Under the pieces are notes generated by a model, which did not search any database, was not told the DNA's origin, and saw only the letters and a list, made by a program, of their open reading frames with translations. 64,000 nt of DNA. It comes from a virus. Below are positions 1 through 9,578 of the stretch, in pieces. Position 1 is the first letter of the stretch, and each line of letters opens with the position of its first letter. The stretch lies in the IMG/VR virus record IMGVR_UViG_3300035696_000016, positions 1 through 64,000 of that record. One strand, written 5' to 3'. Both the position numbers and the translations under genes were made by a program.

Positions 1-255
1 ATAGATACGGATTTTATTGAAGAACCGATACAGTCTAATTCGGTTTGGGATACCATCATTGAAATATATTCAAAACGAAATTTAAATGTATATGGTAATT
101 TTGCAATAGCATTAAAACAATTTTGTAATAGAAATTTAGATTACAGCATTGACAGTATGTTAGAATGGCTTGGTAAAACAGAACAACATTCACATATAAA
201 TATTGAAGAACTGAAAAAAATACTTATTAATAATGTAGGTGTATGTAGGACTTGA
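1..255 (+). CDS. Partial small protein, family A of the C-terminal-tail proteins; tail displaced by an A7 run
   Basis: Frame 1 reads IDTDFIEE..VWDTIIEIYSKRNLNVYGNF, matching 44888. Removing one A from the run at 214-220 gives the ending LKKYLLIM-stop at 238. Confidence 0.65.
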   Translation: MDTDFIEEPIQSNSVWDTIIEIYSKRNLNVYGNFAIALKQFCNRNLDYSIDSMLEWLGKTEQHSHINIEELKKILINNVGVCRT

Positions 256-280
256 CACGGCGTGTTGTGAGCCTTATATT
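252..280 (+). promoter_or_regulatory. sigma70-type promoter
   Basis: TTGACA(252-257)-17 bp-TATATT(275-280) upstream of the peptidase gene. Confidence 0.75.
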
Positions 281-354
281 GGTTGTGCCATTAGCAGGTG
301 TTGATGGCGGGCGTGAAACTATTCCCAAAGCGGGAAAGAAAGCAAAAGAAAACA

Positions 355-1305
355 ATGTCATATTCATCAGGTAGTGAAAAAGCGGAACAGATTGTTAAAG
401 AAGAAATGAAGACAAAGGATATGTCAGCATATGAATATCATGTAATTCAATGCTGCAAAAATGATGAATGGGTTTTGCGAAAATGGCTACATAAAGCGCT
501 TGGGCGCGCTGGTTTTACTATCTATGAAGATGGATATCAGACGGATCGTATTAAGAAAGATAAGCGATATTCTGCCGTCCATAATATGGTGGCAATCAGA
601 GGAAATCCCCGCGTATGTCTTGTTGCGCACACAGATGTTTGTCGTGATCATGATAGTAGCCGATACAGCATTATGGGGGAATATTCTTGGATGGCAGATC
701 GTGAAGAAGAAAACATTGGAACAAAGAGCCAGTTGTCAAGTCAAAAAGTTGAACCAGTTATTAAGGTGGTTGAACACGAAGGGCAGATGCGAAGGATCAT
801 TCAGGATAAGGACTGCAAATTGCAAGTGGGCGGAGACGATAGACTTGGTGTTGCTATTGCAACATGGATAGCATTAAATACAGGCTACGATCTTGGATTG
901 TATTTTCCGACAGACGAAGAGATTGGGCTCAAAAGCGCCGCTGCATGTGAAATGGAACAGCTTCGTCGATTCGAATTGTGCATGCAAATCGACCGAGGGA
1001 ATCATTCTCATCAAATAGTTTTACGTATCAGCAACGAACTCATGTGTACTTATTCCACGGCCGTATTTTTATTAGAGAAGGCGTACGATTTAGGATTACC
1101 AAGAGAGCCAGTGTCCGGTCTATCAACAGACGTTTATGCATTGCATAAAAAAGGACTTATAAAGGATGCAGTTAATATGACATGTGGATATCATAATTCA
1201 CATGGCAGTAGTGCAAGCGAATACATTGACATACAAGAAAGTAAAGATACCATGCGGTTTGTTTCCGAAGTGGTAAAAGCATATTATTTAGGCGAAAATC
1301 CGTAA
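355..1305 (+). CDS. Zn-dependent M28/M20-like peptidase
   Basis: Motifs AHTDV, GGDDRLG, TDEE, QIDR and GYHNSH. ATG 355 is preferred over GTG 298. Confidence 0.7.
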   Translation: MSYSSGSEKAEQIVKEEMKTKDMSAYEYHVIQCCKNDEWVLRKWLHKALGRAGFTIYEDGYQTDRIKKDKRYSAVHNMVAIRGNPRVCLVAHTDVCRDHDSSRYSIMGEYSWMADREEENIGTKSQLSSQKVEPVIKVVEHEGQMRRIIQDKDCKLQVGGDDRLGVAIATWIALNTGYDLGLYFPTDEEIGLKSAAACEMEQLRRFELCMQIDRGNHSHQIVLRISNELMCTYSTAVFLLEKAYDLGLPREPVSGLSTDVYALHKKGLIKDAVNMTCGYHNSHGSSASEYIDIQESKDTMRFVSEVVKAYYLGENP

Positions 1306-1328
1306 AATAAAAGCATTTTATTGCATAT

Positions 1329-1337
1329 TGATATAAT
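1329..1337 (+). promoter_or_regulatory. Extended -10 promoter element
   Basis: TGATATAAT (TGnTATAAT) just upstream of the 1364 nuclease gene. Confidence 0.45.
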
Positions 1338-1363
1338 CTTTTTTCATGGCAATTTTGCCATGA

Positions 1364-2512
1364 ATGGTTATATTAGTATACATGTTAAGCAAAAACACAT
1401 TAGCCCAAATACTTGAAAAAGCAATCCGTGTTCATGGAGATGAGTATGACTATTCACTTGTTATAGATGAAAATCTAACGAGATGGAAAGATAAGATAGA
1501 AATCATATGTAAGAAACACGGAGTTTTTAAACAAACAATCGGTAATCATACTAACAATGAGCAAGGTTGTCCAAAATGTTATGGTAAGCCAGTCGTAGAT
1601 ACAAAGTTATTTATTGAACGAGCAAACGCTATTCATGGTATTGGAACATATGGTTATGATTTAGCCAATTATATTGATGCAAAAACAAAAGTAAAAATAC
1701 GTTGTCCAAAGCACGGAATATTCGAACAAACGCCACATCATCATACAAAATCCAAATCGGGATGCCCTAAATGTAATGGTAGAAAAGAAGGATATACTAC
1801 GGAGTTATTTATAGAAAAGGCAAAAGAAATACATGGAGAAAACACGTATATTTATACTAATACAATATACAAACAATCCCGAGATGAGGTAGAAATAACC
1901 TGCCCGAAGCACGGGTCGTGGATGATAAAAGCATATTTACATTTACAAGGGCACATGTGCCGGGAATGTTATTGTGATAGTAAACGGAGAACGAAAGAAG
2001 AGATTTTAGCGAAAGCAAAACTTAAACACGGTGATAGGTATGACTATTCACTGAACACACATGATTTTGGTATGCAGGACAAGATAAAAATCATATGTCA
2101 AAAACACGGGGTATTTTTACAAGTTGCTGCAAATCATGTTAACGGTGGTCATGGATGTATAAGTTGTAGTAATGCTAAATTTAAAGATGAAAATGCATGG
2201 TTGGACAGTCTAAATATACCAAAAGAATATCGCCAAATATGGATAAACATTGATGGGCGCCGTTTTAGCCTTGATGCACTTGATCCTATAACAAACACAA
2301 TATATGAATACAATGGAGATTTTCATCATGGTAATCCAAATAATAAAAGATTCCCTCACGATAAAATAAATCCACGAAACAAGAAAACATACGGTGAATT
2401 ATACAAAGCAACACTCGAACGCGAAGCCATTCTAAAATCAGCAGGCTATAACCTCATCACCATATGGGAAAGCGACTGGCTTGCCCAAAAGAAACTTGCA
2501 AAGAAAAAATAA
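1364..2512 (+). CDS. Putative homing endonuclease: four zinc-ribbon repeats plus a C-terminal Vsr/DUF559-like nuclease domain
   Basis: Four repeats of HG..YDY..I.C.KHG.F.Q...H....GC..C; C-terminal YEYNGDFHHG and GYNLITIWESDW. Confidence 0.7.
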   Translation: MVILVYMLSKNTLAQILEKAIRVHGDEYDYSLVIDENLTRWKDKIEIICKKHGVFKQTIGNHTNNEQGCPKCYGKPVVDTKLFIERANAIHGIGTYGYDLANYIDAKTKVKIRCPKHGIFEQTPHHHTKSKSGCPKCNGRKEGYTTELFIEKAKEIHGENTYIYTNTIYKQSRDEVEITCPKHGSWMIKAYLHLQGHMCRECYCDSKRRTKEEILAKAKLKHGDRYDYSLNTHDFGMQDKIKIICQKHGVFLQVAANHVNGGHGCISCSNAKFKDENAWLDSLNIPKEYRQIWINIDGRRFSLDALDPITNTIYEYNGDFHHGNPNNKRFPHDKINPRNKKTYGELYKATLEREAILKSAGYNLITIWESDWLAQKKLAKKK

Positions 2513-2576
2513 TTTTGATCTCAAAAATCCTACAAGATAACAAACTTGCATTTTAAACATAGATCTAAATGACGAT

Positions 2577-2735
2577 ATGACAAATCTAAAACGTGAAATC
2601 AAATTATTAGTGAATACTTATGTTGTATCAAAACACTTATACGTTAAGACAGAAACATTCATTGAAACATATAATTTTATTCGTCATACACATTTTACAG
2701 TCGAACAATTGGAAAAATATCTATTACTAATATGA
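2577..2735 (+). CDS. 52-aa tailed protein, family F (not in ORF track)
   Basis: MTNLKREIK...HTHFTVEQLEKYLLLI-stop; ATGA overlap with the next ORF. Confidence 0.7.
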   Translation: MTNLKREIKLLVNTYVVSKHLYVKTETFIETYNFIRHTHFTVEQLEKYLLLI

Positions 2736-2866
2736 AACAGTTAATAGAAACATACAAAGCAACAAATGTTGTTGTATCATTGAGTTATTTTATTGAAGTG
2801 TATAACTTCATTCATAAAACGCACTTCACCGCAGAACAATTAGAGAAAATATTACTGCTTATATGA
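2732..2866 (+). CDS. 44-aa tailed protein, family F (not in ORF track)
   Basis: MKQLIETY...YNFIHKTHFTAEQLEKILLLI-stop; paralog of 2577. Confidence 0.7.
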   Translation: MKQLIETYKATNVVVSLSYFIEVYNFIHKTHFTAEQLEKILLLI

Positions 2867-3210
2867 AGAAATATACTTGCAAGGTATGCAATAAAGAACT
2901 ATCGTCATTGTCCAAAAACATATTGTCTTGCAATGGAAATGATACTTTTATTCTTCCAGCGGATCATAATTATTCAATCATTCTAAATGATAACGGAACA
3001 TTGTTTTCCGAAGAAATTATGATTTATAATATAATTAATAGCGTTGGTTATTTAGTTGATGTAAATTATGTATTATGTAATACAGTTTTTGCAACAATAA
3101 GAGAAAATCGTTTCTCACATAAAATAAAACAGAATACAATTTATTCGTTGGATAATTTTGATAAAGAAGTTTTTATGAAGCGTTTTGATAAATTGATGGT
3201 GTTATTTTGA
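2863..3210 (+). CDS. Tailed protein, family D (N-terminal CxxC)
   Basis: CKVC; ends FDKLMVLF. Confidence 0.7.
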   Translation: MKKYTCKVCNKELSSLSKNILSCNGNDTFILPADHNYSIILNDNGTLFSEEIMIYNIINSVGYLVDVNYVLCNTVFATIRENRFSHKIKQNTIYSLDNFDKEVFMKRFDKLMVLF

Positions 3211-3443
3211 GATGCGTCGATGCTGGGTTAGATATGTGCGTGGAATGTCAGGTGGAAGAATATAGATATTGTCATCTTGTATGGGAAAGAGAATATATTA
3301 AACCTAAAAGCGATAGTTTCATAATAAGATATTACAGTGGGATGATAAATGTATCGCATAACATATATTACATTCGCAACGCTATTAAGACAGATCGTCC
3401 TCATTTAATTGAAAAAATAGACAAACTAATGGTGCTAATATGA
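3207..3443 (+). CDS. Tailed Cys-rich protein, family E
   Basis: C..C..C pattern; ends RPHLIEKIDKLMVLI. Confidence 0.7.
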   Translation: MRCVDAGLDMCVECQVEEYRYCHLVWEREYIKPKSDSFIIRYYSGMINVSHNIYYIRNAIKTDRPHLIEKIDKLMVLI

Positions 3444-3698
3444 CTTGTGAAGATTTAGGTATAAGATTATGCATTCATTGTAGAGAGCAAAGTGGATCCA
3501 CTTGTTGGTCAGAGGACTACTGCAATGATGATAGAATCATTGGTCAGCCAGATCAAACGATAATAAAACATTTTTTTCAACGCGATGAATCATAGTTCTT
3601 GGAGAGATCTATATTGGTATGTCGAAGCAATAAAGAGATACCGTCCTCATCTGATTGAAAAAATAGATAAGTTAGTCATACTATGGGATAGCAAATAA
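3440..3698 (+). pseudogene. Frameshifted paralog of 3207 (family E)
   Basis: MTCEDLGIRLCIHC...; deleting one T from the T7 run at 3571-3577 restores ...RPHLIEKIDKLVILWDSK. Confidence 0.6.
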
Positions 3699-3699
3699 A

Positions 3700-4011
3700 A
3701 TGTCATTACAAATCATTGAAGAATTGCTCGAAGACGCCGATGTTCTCGGATACATAAAAGCAGGAGCAGATCATAATCAATATGATCGTGCTGCAAAAAA
3801 GATATTCGATAAACTATCTATTGATCTTTCGGTTGCGCAAATTGAAAAGATTATATGGGAAAGTTTTTATTCCGATTTTTTAGTATGCACAGTCGGAAAC
3901 TCAAATGATTATTTTGCAGTTGATCAAAAACAAGCAGGATATATATTAGGAGAGCCAAGCAGATTTTCTGGCATAGCAAAAAACATTAGACACATAGTCT
4001 ATAAATTATAA
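3700..4011 (+). CDS. Hypothetical protein
   Basis: 103-aa ORF in the gene chain. Confidence 0.55.
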   Translation: MSLQIIEELLEDADVLGYIKAGADHNQYDRAAKKIFDKLSIDLSVAQIEKIIWESFYSDFLVCTVGNSNDYFAVDQKQAGYILGEPSRFSGIAKNIRHIVYKL

Positions 4012-4023
4012 AGGGATAATACA

Positions 4024-4734
4024 ATGAAAAAAGATTTTACAGCAATAGCAGTTATACTCGATCGTAGTGGTTCAATGGCAAAATTAAGCAAAGAGACAAT
4101 AGAAGGATTTAATTCATTCGTTGCGGAACAACGAAAAGTTAAAGGGGAAGCGGTGTTAACATTGGCGACATTCGCTTCCGACTATCGTCTTGTGTATGAC
4201 TTCGTTCCATTAGACAATGTTGCAGATTTAACACCAGAAACATATGTATGCAATGGATATACTTCGCTATTAGATAGCGTTGGCAGAACAATTAATTCAC
4301 TCGGTGCTCGTCTTGCAGCAATGCCAGAAAATGAACGACCAAGCAAAGTGATCGTGGTAGTTATGACCGATGGTGAGGAGAACGCAAGCACAGAGTTCGC
4401 CATTGATAAAATCAAGGAAATGGTGGAGCATCAAACAAACAAATACTCATGGCTATTCGTATTTTCGGGCGCCGGGATCGATGCTTTTAAAGGATCAAAA
4501 TCACTCGGTATGAATACTCGCAATTCGATGAAATTCAGTGCAACATCCGCTGGTATCGGTGGAATGTATAAATCACTGAGTAGCAATACTGCATCATATC
4601 GTTCATCTTCAATGAATGCGCACGATATCGGTGAAGTTGGATTTTTCAATCTCGACCAAACACAACAAACATCGGTTGTTCCAACAACAATTGTTCCACC
4701 AACAGTCGTAATTGGCACACCAGACAAGAAGTAA
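4024..4734 (+). CDS. von Willebrand factor A domain protein
   Basis: MIDAS residues DRSGSM, TSLLD and MTDGEEN. Confidence 0.85.
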   Translation: MKKDFTAIAVILDRSGSMAKLSKETIEGFNSFVAEQRKVKGEAVLTLATFASDYRLVYDFVPLDNVADLTPETYVCNGYTSLLDSVGRTINSLGARLAAMPENERPSKVIVVVMTDGEENASTEFAIDKIKEMVEHQTNKYSWLFVFSGAGIDAFKGSKSLGMNTRNSMKFSATSAGIGGMYKSLSSNTASYRSSSMNAHDIGEVGFFNLDQTQQTSVVPTTIVPPTVVIGTPDKK

Positions 4735-5055
4735 ATGGATATTCACTGCCCACGATGTAATATAGAGTGGTCAGAGAAAAATGAGAAAGAACAATCTTAC
4801 ATATGGTATACTTGTGATTGTGGATTGGAATTAGTTAGACGCAGCAATAGTTTTTATTATTACGACGATCATTCCAGCCTACATCATAAATATCCTACCA
4901 CTTGGTTCAGTCATAATAATAAATGTCGTATCGTTATATTTAATCCAAATAAGAAACGACACGAAGATAATGATTTTGTTGAACTGAACAAATGGATTAG
5001 TTTTGATTTAGAAAAAGCAAAACGACAAATTGAAAACATATTATTATTGATGTGA
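4735..5055 (+). CDS. Tailed protein, family D (zinc ribbon)
   Basis: CPRC..CDC; ends IENILLLM. Confidence 0.7.
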   Translation: MDIHCPRCNIEWSEKNEKEQSYIWYTCDCGLELVRRSNSFYYYDDHSSLHHKYPTTWFSHNNKCRIVIFNPNKKRHEDNDFVELNKWISFDLEKAKRQIENILLLM

Positions 5056-5306
5056 AAGAAAATAAAATGTCAAAAAAGAAAACGACAAATAAAACAACAA
5101 AGAAGTCATTGGCTAAAAATAAAGTTAAAACAAGACCGGCAATAGATATTATTAAAGAAATAAATACTTCGTATCCAAAAATAAATATATCGCCAGAGCA
5201 ATATAAAGCGTGGGTTGAACATTTTTCAAATACGATAATCGAAACATTGCTGCCAGAAATTGTAAAAATGAAAACCGCTGGCAAAAAGAAGAAGATTGAT
5301 GTATGA
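5052..5306 (+). CDS. Hypothetical basic protein
   Basis: ORF with overlapping junctions. Confidence 0.5.
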   Translation: MKENKMSKKKTTNKTTKKSLAKNKVKTRPAIDIIKEINTSYPKINISPEQYKAWVEHFSNTIIETLLPEIVKMKTAGKKKKIDV

Positions 5307-5491
5307 GAAAAGATATTAAAAAATTAATCTATAATTATGGTATGCAAAGAATATTAGAGGATTTAATTGCCATCGTTAAAGATATAAATGAAAATAATGA
5401 AGAAGAGTATCTGAATCAATTAATAAAAGATTTACAGAATACATATATAAATTATATGAACAGATACTATGACGAGCCAGAAGACATATAA
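5303..5491 (+). CDS. Hypothetical protein
   Basis: ORF, ATGA-coupled to the upstream gene. Confidence 0.5.
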   Translation: MRKDIKKLIYNYGMQRILEDLIAIVKDINENNEEEYLNQLIKDLQNTYINYMNRYYDEPEDI

Positions 5492-5804
5492 AAGTCCCAC
5501 AAATCCCACAGAGTATTGGAATATAGTGGATGCTTATTGGAATGATATTTTTCATATTCTAAATATCTATCTTCCAACATTCCGCAATTTTTGGATTGAT
5601 AAAACAAAATTGAATAAAACACTTGGCGAATATCTAATTGAATTGAAGGATACGAGAAATCCTAAATTGATTAGAGCAATTAGCGCCGGGTTGTGGAACA
5701 TTCCCGAGGAGAATGAGGGAGAATTGCTCGATAAAGGATTGCTCGTGATGAGAGACCTTGTTGAAAGCGAAGTTTTCTTGTATGAGGAATTAGAAGATGT
5801 TTAG
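5469..5804 (+). CDS. Hypothetical protein
   Basis: 111-aa ORF. Confidence 0.55.
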   Translation: MTSQKTYKSPTNPTEYWNIVDAYWNDIFHILNIYLPTFRNFWIDKTKLNKTLGEYLIELKDTRNPKLIRAISAGLWNIPEENEGELLDKGLLVMRDLVESEVFLYEELEDV

Positions 5805-6096
5805 TCATACAGTTGAAAACAATGGAGATTTATTTATAGTAGATAGTGATTTTACTATGTGTATTGTAAAAAATTGCGGGAGAGCAGAAAACCTTACAGG
5901 TGAAATAGTATGGGACGGGATTGTTTATGCATATGAAACACATACGCCAGATAATGTTGTTAAAAATGTATTTTTTGCGTTGAAAAAATTGGGATGGATG
6001 AAAGCACTTAATCTTTCGCAATTGCGACAATTACTTGATAGTGAAGGTTTATTTAAATATAAAGATGATATTGAAAAGTATTTAATGTTGGTATGA
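5797..6096 (+). CDS. Tailed protein, family A
   Basis: IVDSDF..WDGIVYAYE..NVVKN..YKDDIEKYLMLV. Confidence 0.75.
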   Translation: MFSHTVENNGDLFIVDSDFTMCIVKNCGRAENLTGEIVWDGIVYAYETHTPDNVVKNVFFALKKLGWMKALNLSQLRQLLDSEGLFKYKDDIEKYLMLV

Positions 6097-6102
6097 GATC
6101 AT

Positions 6103-6366
6103 ATGTTTAAAAACAGTATTTATATTGGATCGCATACATATGAAATAGTAGATACTAATTTTACGGAGTTAATTAAATGTAAAGATGATTTTTGGGATTC
6201 ATGGACAGATGAATTCATTGAATTATACAAATCTCGTGGATTAGATGTTGCGGCTAACTTCGTATTGGCATATAAACATTTTTATTTTCAAAGATACGGA
6301 TTACCGAGGACCCAAAAATTAGATCCATATAGAGAAGATATTGCAAAATATTTATTGTTGATGTGA
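6103..6366 (+). CDS. Tailed protein, family A
   Basis: IVDTNFTE..YKSRGLDVAAN..YREDIAKYLLLM. Confidence 0.75.
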   Translation: MFKNSIYIGSHTYEIVDTNFTELIKCKDDFWDSWTDEFIELYKSRGLDVAANFVLAYKHFYFQRYGLPRTQKLDPYREDIAKYLLLM

Positions 6367-6423
6367 GATATTAAATTGTTTTAGTTGTGGGTTGTGTAAT
6401 ATTGGTAATAGATTTATATTAGT

Positions 6424-7863
6424 GTGATGGCAAAATCAGCACCGTTAGTATGGAGTCCGTATCAGCAAGCGATATTTTCAGATGTGCAGAATGGCACTGG
6501 CAATACCGTTGTTATTGCTCGTGCAGGGGCAAGTAAAACTACAAGTCTTGTCGAATGCGTTAAATATATCCCTAAAAAGAAAAAATCACTATTCATCGCC
6601 TTTAATAAGGCGATAGCGGTTGAGTTAGAAGAGCGTATAAATAAATCTTATATCGAGGTAAGAACATTGCATTCGTTCGGTTGCCGTGTTGTTATGAGCG
6701 CGTTCGGCAAAGTAAAAATCGATCCGAACAAAACATATAATCTATCGCAAGCAGTTTTGGAAGAGAACGGACTTAAACGATACGAAAAAAAGAAGTTTGA
6801 TTTAGCGCAGTCAATATGTAATACAGTTAATTTATGTAAGAGCTCATTAATTGATATTCCATCAAAAATAGATATATTGATCGATCAATATGATATAGAT
6901 ACATTGGAATTAGATAGAGATGACTTCATAAAAATTGTATGTCAAGTCCTTCGTAAATGTAAAGATGAAAGGGCTTGTATCGATTTTTCAGATATGATCC
7001 ACTATCCATATATATTCAATATGAATATACCTAAATACGATAGAGTCTTTTTAGATGAAGGACAAGATATGTCGCCCGCACAATTGCATATAGCATTGTC
7101 TGCTTGCAAAAAAGATGGTAGATTTTTAGCCGTTGCTGACGACAGACAAGTATTGTATAGTTTTGCGGGAGTTGATATTAACTCAGTAGATATTTTAGTA
7201 AAAAAACTAAATGCTAAAATACTCCCATTGCCTATATCATATCGTTGTGCAAAAAGTATAGTGAAATTAGCACAGACAATTGTTCCTGATATTCAATCAG
7301 CGCCTAACGCCAAGGACGGATCAGTAAGATCGATATCCGAAGATATATTTTTGTCATTAGTCAAGCCCGGAGATTTTATTCTTTCGCGAGTAAATGCACC
7401 ACTGATTTATTATTGTATGGAATTGATTCATAATAAAGTTAGAGCGAATATTCTTGGCAAAGATGTTTCACAAGGACTCATTTATATGATAAAGAAATCC
7501 GAAGCCAAAACGATTGATGAATTTTTAGTATGGCTTGGAAAATGGAAAAAAGAAGAAATAAAAAGACTGGAAGATAAAAATAGAGATCCTATTTTAGTTT
7601 TAGATAAAGCAAATTGCTTAGAAAACTTATGCAGAGGAATGAAGAGTCTAGATCAAGTCAAAAATAATGTAAAAGAATTGTTTAATGATGAGGATCGGGG
7701 GAATATAGTTAGGTTAGCAAGTATCCATAAATCAAAAGGCTTGGAAGCAAAAAGAGTTTTTATACTAATGAATACATTACGACGAGATATGAGCCAATCG
7801 GAATTGAACATAGAGTATGTTGGTTATACAAGGGCTATGGATGAATTATATCTTGTGAGATAA
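6424..7863 (+). CDS. UvrD/Rep-like superfamily 1 helicase
   Basis: Q motif, ARAGASKT (variant Walker A), TLHS, DEGQD, SYRC, SIHKSKGLE, YVGYTRA. Confidence 0.9.
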   Translation: MMAKSAPLVWSPYQQAIFSDVQNGTGNTVVIARAGASKTTSLVECVKYIPKKKKSLFIAFNKAIAVELEERINKSYIEVRTLHSFGCRVVMSAFGKVKIDPNKTYNLSQAVLEENGLKRYEKKKFDLAQSICNTVNLCKSSLIDIPSKIDILIDQYDIDTLELDRDDFIKIVCQVLRKCKDERACIDFSDMIHYPYIFNMNIPKYDRVFLDEGQDMSPAQLHIALSACKKDGRFLAVADDRQVLYSFAGVDINSVDILVKKLNAKILPLPISYRCAKSIVKLAQTIVPDIQSAPNAKDGSVRSISEDIFLSLVKPGDFILSRVNAPLIYYCMELIHNKVRANILGKDVSQGLIYMIKKSEAKTIDEFLVWLGKWKKEEIKRLEDKNRDPILVLDKANCLENLCRGMKSLDQVKNNVKELFNDEDRGNIVRLASIHKSKGLEAKRVFILMNTLRRDMSQSELNIEYVGYTRAMDELYLVR

Positions 7864-7948
7864 TTATTTTATATGTTTGTAAGTCTTCCGTCTAAGCATA
7901 TCATATATAGATATATATGATAATTTATACTGGTCAATTTTCATTAAA

Positions 7949-8842
7949 ATGAAAGTTCTCATCATTGTTAGCATAACATTCAATCAATCAGGTTGGTCAT
8001 TCAAGAAAGACAAAATAGTTTTCTCTAAAATAGAAAGTCCGATTTTCTTCAAGTCAAAAGATGATGTATCGAAACTAATAGTCAAAGAGGTTAGAATAAA
8101 GTTAGTCAATAATAAGTGGTTATGTGATATAGTTGCCGAATATAACGATGTCTTTCAAGAAAACAAATCGAGTAAAGTTCTGGCTCTTGACCTCGGATTG
8201 AAGTCGCTGGCAACAGGTGTTGATAGCGATGGCAAAGTTATCGTGCTATATAACAAAGCCAAAAAGAAAGCCAAGTATTTTGGCAAACAAATAGCAAAAG
8301 TTTCTAAACAATTATCAACAAAAACAAAAGATAGCAATCAGTATAAACATTTAGAAGAAGTTCGTAAAAAACTATATAATAAGAAAAACGCACAAGTGAA
8401 ACAAACTCTACATATTCAGAGCAAACAGTTAGCGAATATGAACTATCATACGATAGTATTAGGTGATTTATCAGTCAAAGAACTAATGTCAAAAGAAGTA
8501 TCATATAAGGGTATTCGTAAGTCATTTTCACAATCAGCAATAGATACTTTTAGGCAGTTTCTAACATACAAGTGTCAAGGCAAAACTAATGTTGTGGAAA
8601 TTGATGAGCGACATACCACACAATTGAATTGTCTAACTGGAAAGAAGTTCGATCAGAAAGTTGAATTGAAAGATAGAATGGTTCAATTATCTGAAACTAT
8701 AATCATCGATCGTGATCTAAACTCTGCCATCAATATATTGAAACGATGGGAAAGTTATCATCTTGCGTCTCTGATAGCGCCATTAGAATTGTCTAATGTA
8801 TTGGAAGAGAATAATCTTTTCCAGAGAACCTCACGACTTTAG
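7949..8842 (+). CDS. tnpB: TnpB RNA-guided nuclease, N-terminally truncated
   Basis: SITFNQSGW, RuvC-I ALDLGL, IVLGDL, TTQLNC and DRDLNSAINI. The N-terminal HTH region is missing. Confidence 0.8.
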   Translation: MKVLIIVSITFNQSGWSFKKDKIVFSKIESPIFFKSKDDVSKLIVKEVRIKLVNNKWLCDIVAEYNDVFQENKSSKVLALDLGLKSLATGVDSDGKVIVLYNKAKKKAKYFGKQIAKVSKQLSTKTKDSNQYKHLEEVRKKLYNKKNAQVKQTLHIQSKQLANMNYHTIVLGDLSVKELMSKEVSYKGIRKSFSQSAIDTFRQFLTYKCQGKTNVVEIDERHTTQLNCLTGKKFDQKVELKDRMVQLSETIIIDRDLNSAINILKRWESYHLASLIAPLELSNVLEENNLFQRTSRL

Positions 8843-8858
8843 TCGTGAGAGTATGTCA
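7971..8858 (+). mobile_element. 5'-truncated IS200/IS605-family element (tnpB only) with right-end hairpin
   Basis: tnpB remnant followed by the hairpin CTCACGACT-TT-AGTCGTGAG (8830-8849) and AGTATGTCA. Confidence 0.75.
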
Positions 8859-9286
8859 GTAATTTTATTTTTATGTTCTTGTGTAAGTTTTTTGCCAAAA
8901 TTAGGATGTAATTGACCTTTCTTACCAACGAATGATCCTGTTATTTTTAATTTTTCACTTATTTTATTTTTGGTTTCCTCGGAAAGTTTATGATTGTTTC
9001 CGCCTCGTTTTATATTATATCCATTAGGAACAAGAGTTCCTAAATAATCAATGAAGAACTCCTCCGCCTCATTGGCATCATCAATGTTGTCGTGCGTTTC
9101 TATAACTTGCCAAGTGAAACTATCATTGCCGTATTTATGCAAAGCGTTTTGAAACGCATATACGCGTCCCTTATACAATTTTTCGCCATCACGTTTATGG
9201 TTAGACCAACGATCTTCCAAGTTTTCAGTTTGACCGACATAAGATTTATTGTTTAGTTTATTGGTTATACAATATATGTAATGCAT
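8831..9286 (-). CDS. GIY-YIG endonuclease with NUMOD3-like motifs, C-terminus interrupted by the IS
   Basis: YIYCITNKLNNKSYVGQT, RWSNH, GYN, HPNFGKKLTQEHK. The last residues are read from the IS right end. Confidence 0.85.
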   Translation of the reverse strand: MHYIYCITNKLNNKSYVGQTENLEDRWSNHKRDGEKLYKGRVYAFQNALHKYGNDSFTWQVIETHDNIDDANEAEEFFIDYLGTLVPNGYNIKRGGNNHKLSEETKNKISEKLKITGSFVGKKGQLHPNFGKKLTQEHKNKITDILSRLKS

Positions 9287-9328
9287 ATAATTTTATATAT
9301 CAGTGCGTTTTCGAGTTTAGAATAAAAT

Positions 9329-9553
9329 CTAAACTCGTTTCAACATATCAGCCGCTTGCAATACCAATTTAGCGATGTGGCTTAATTGTTGTTTCTTTTC
9401 TGGGTTATTTTCTTCTTGCGCCCTATAATGAAGTTTTCCTGCCATGAGTGCCAGATTTTTTGCCTCATCAATATACGGAACTATTTTGAATACACTACTC
9501 GTTGGTGCAGTGTCTTTCTCAAATAATTGTGCAAGTTTCAAAAGATCATCCAT
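9329..9553 (-). CDS. Hypothetical helical protein (MDDLLKLAQLFEK...)
   Basis: ATG 9553 lies just downstream of a TAAT-N6-GCAT motif. Confidence 0.55.
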   Translation of the reverse strand: MDDLLKLAQLFEKDTAPTSSVFKIVPYIDEAKNLALMAGKLHYRAQEENNPEKKQQLSHIAKLVLQAADMLKRV

Positions 9554-9578
9554 CCTATAAGTATGCAAAAGTATTACC

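Noticed and set aside
6424-7863. Helicase C-terminus (DELYLVR) and the 38022/15268 endings as tail-family members
   Set aside because: The helicase ending follows motif VI and lacks Leu at -2. The others have Leu at -2 but lack the preceding helix and the K/R at -6, so they were not counted.
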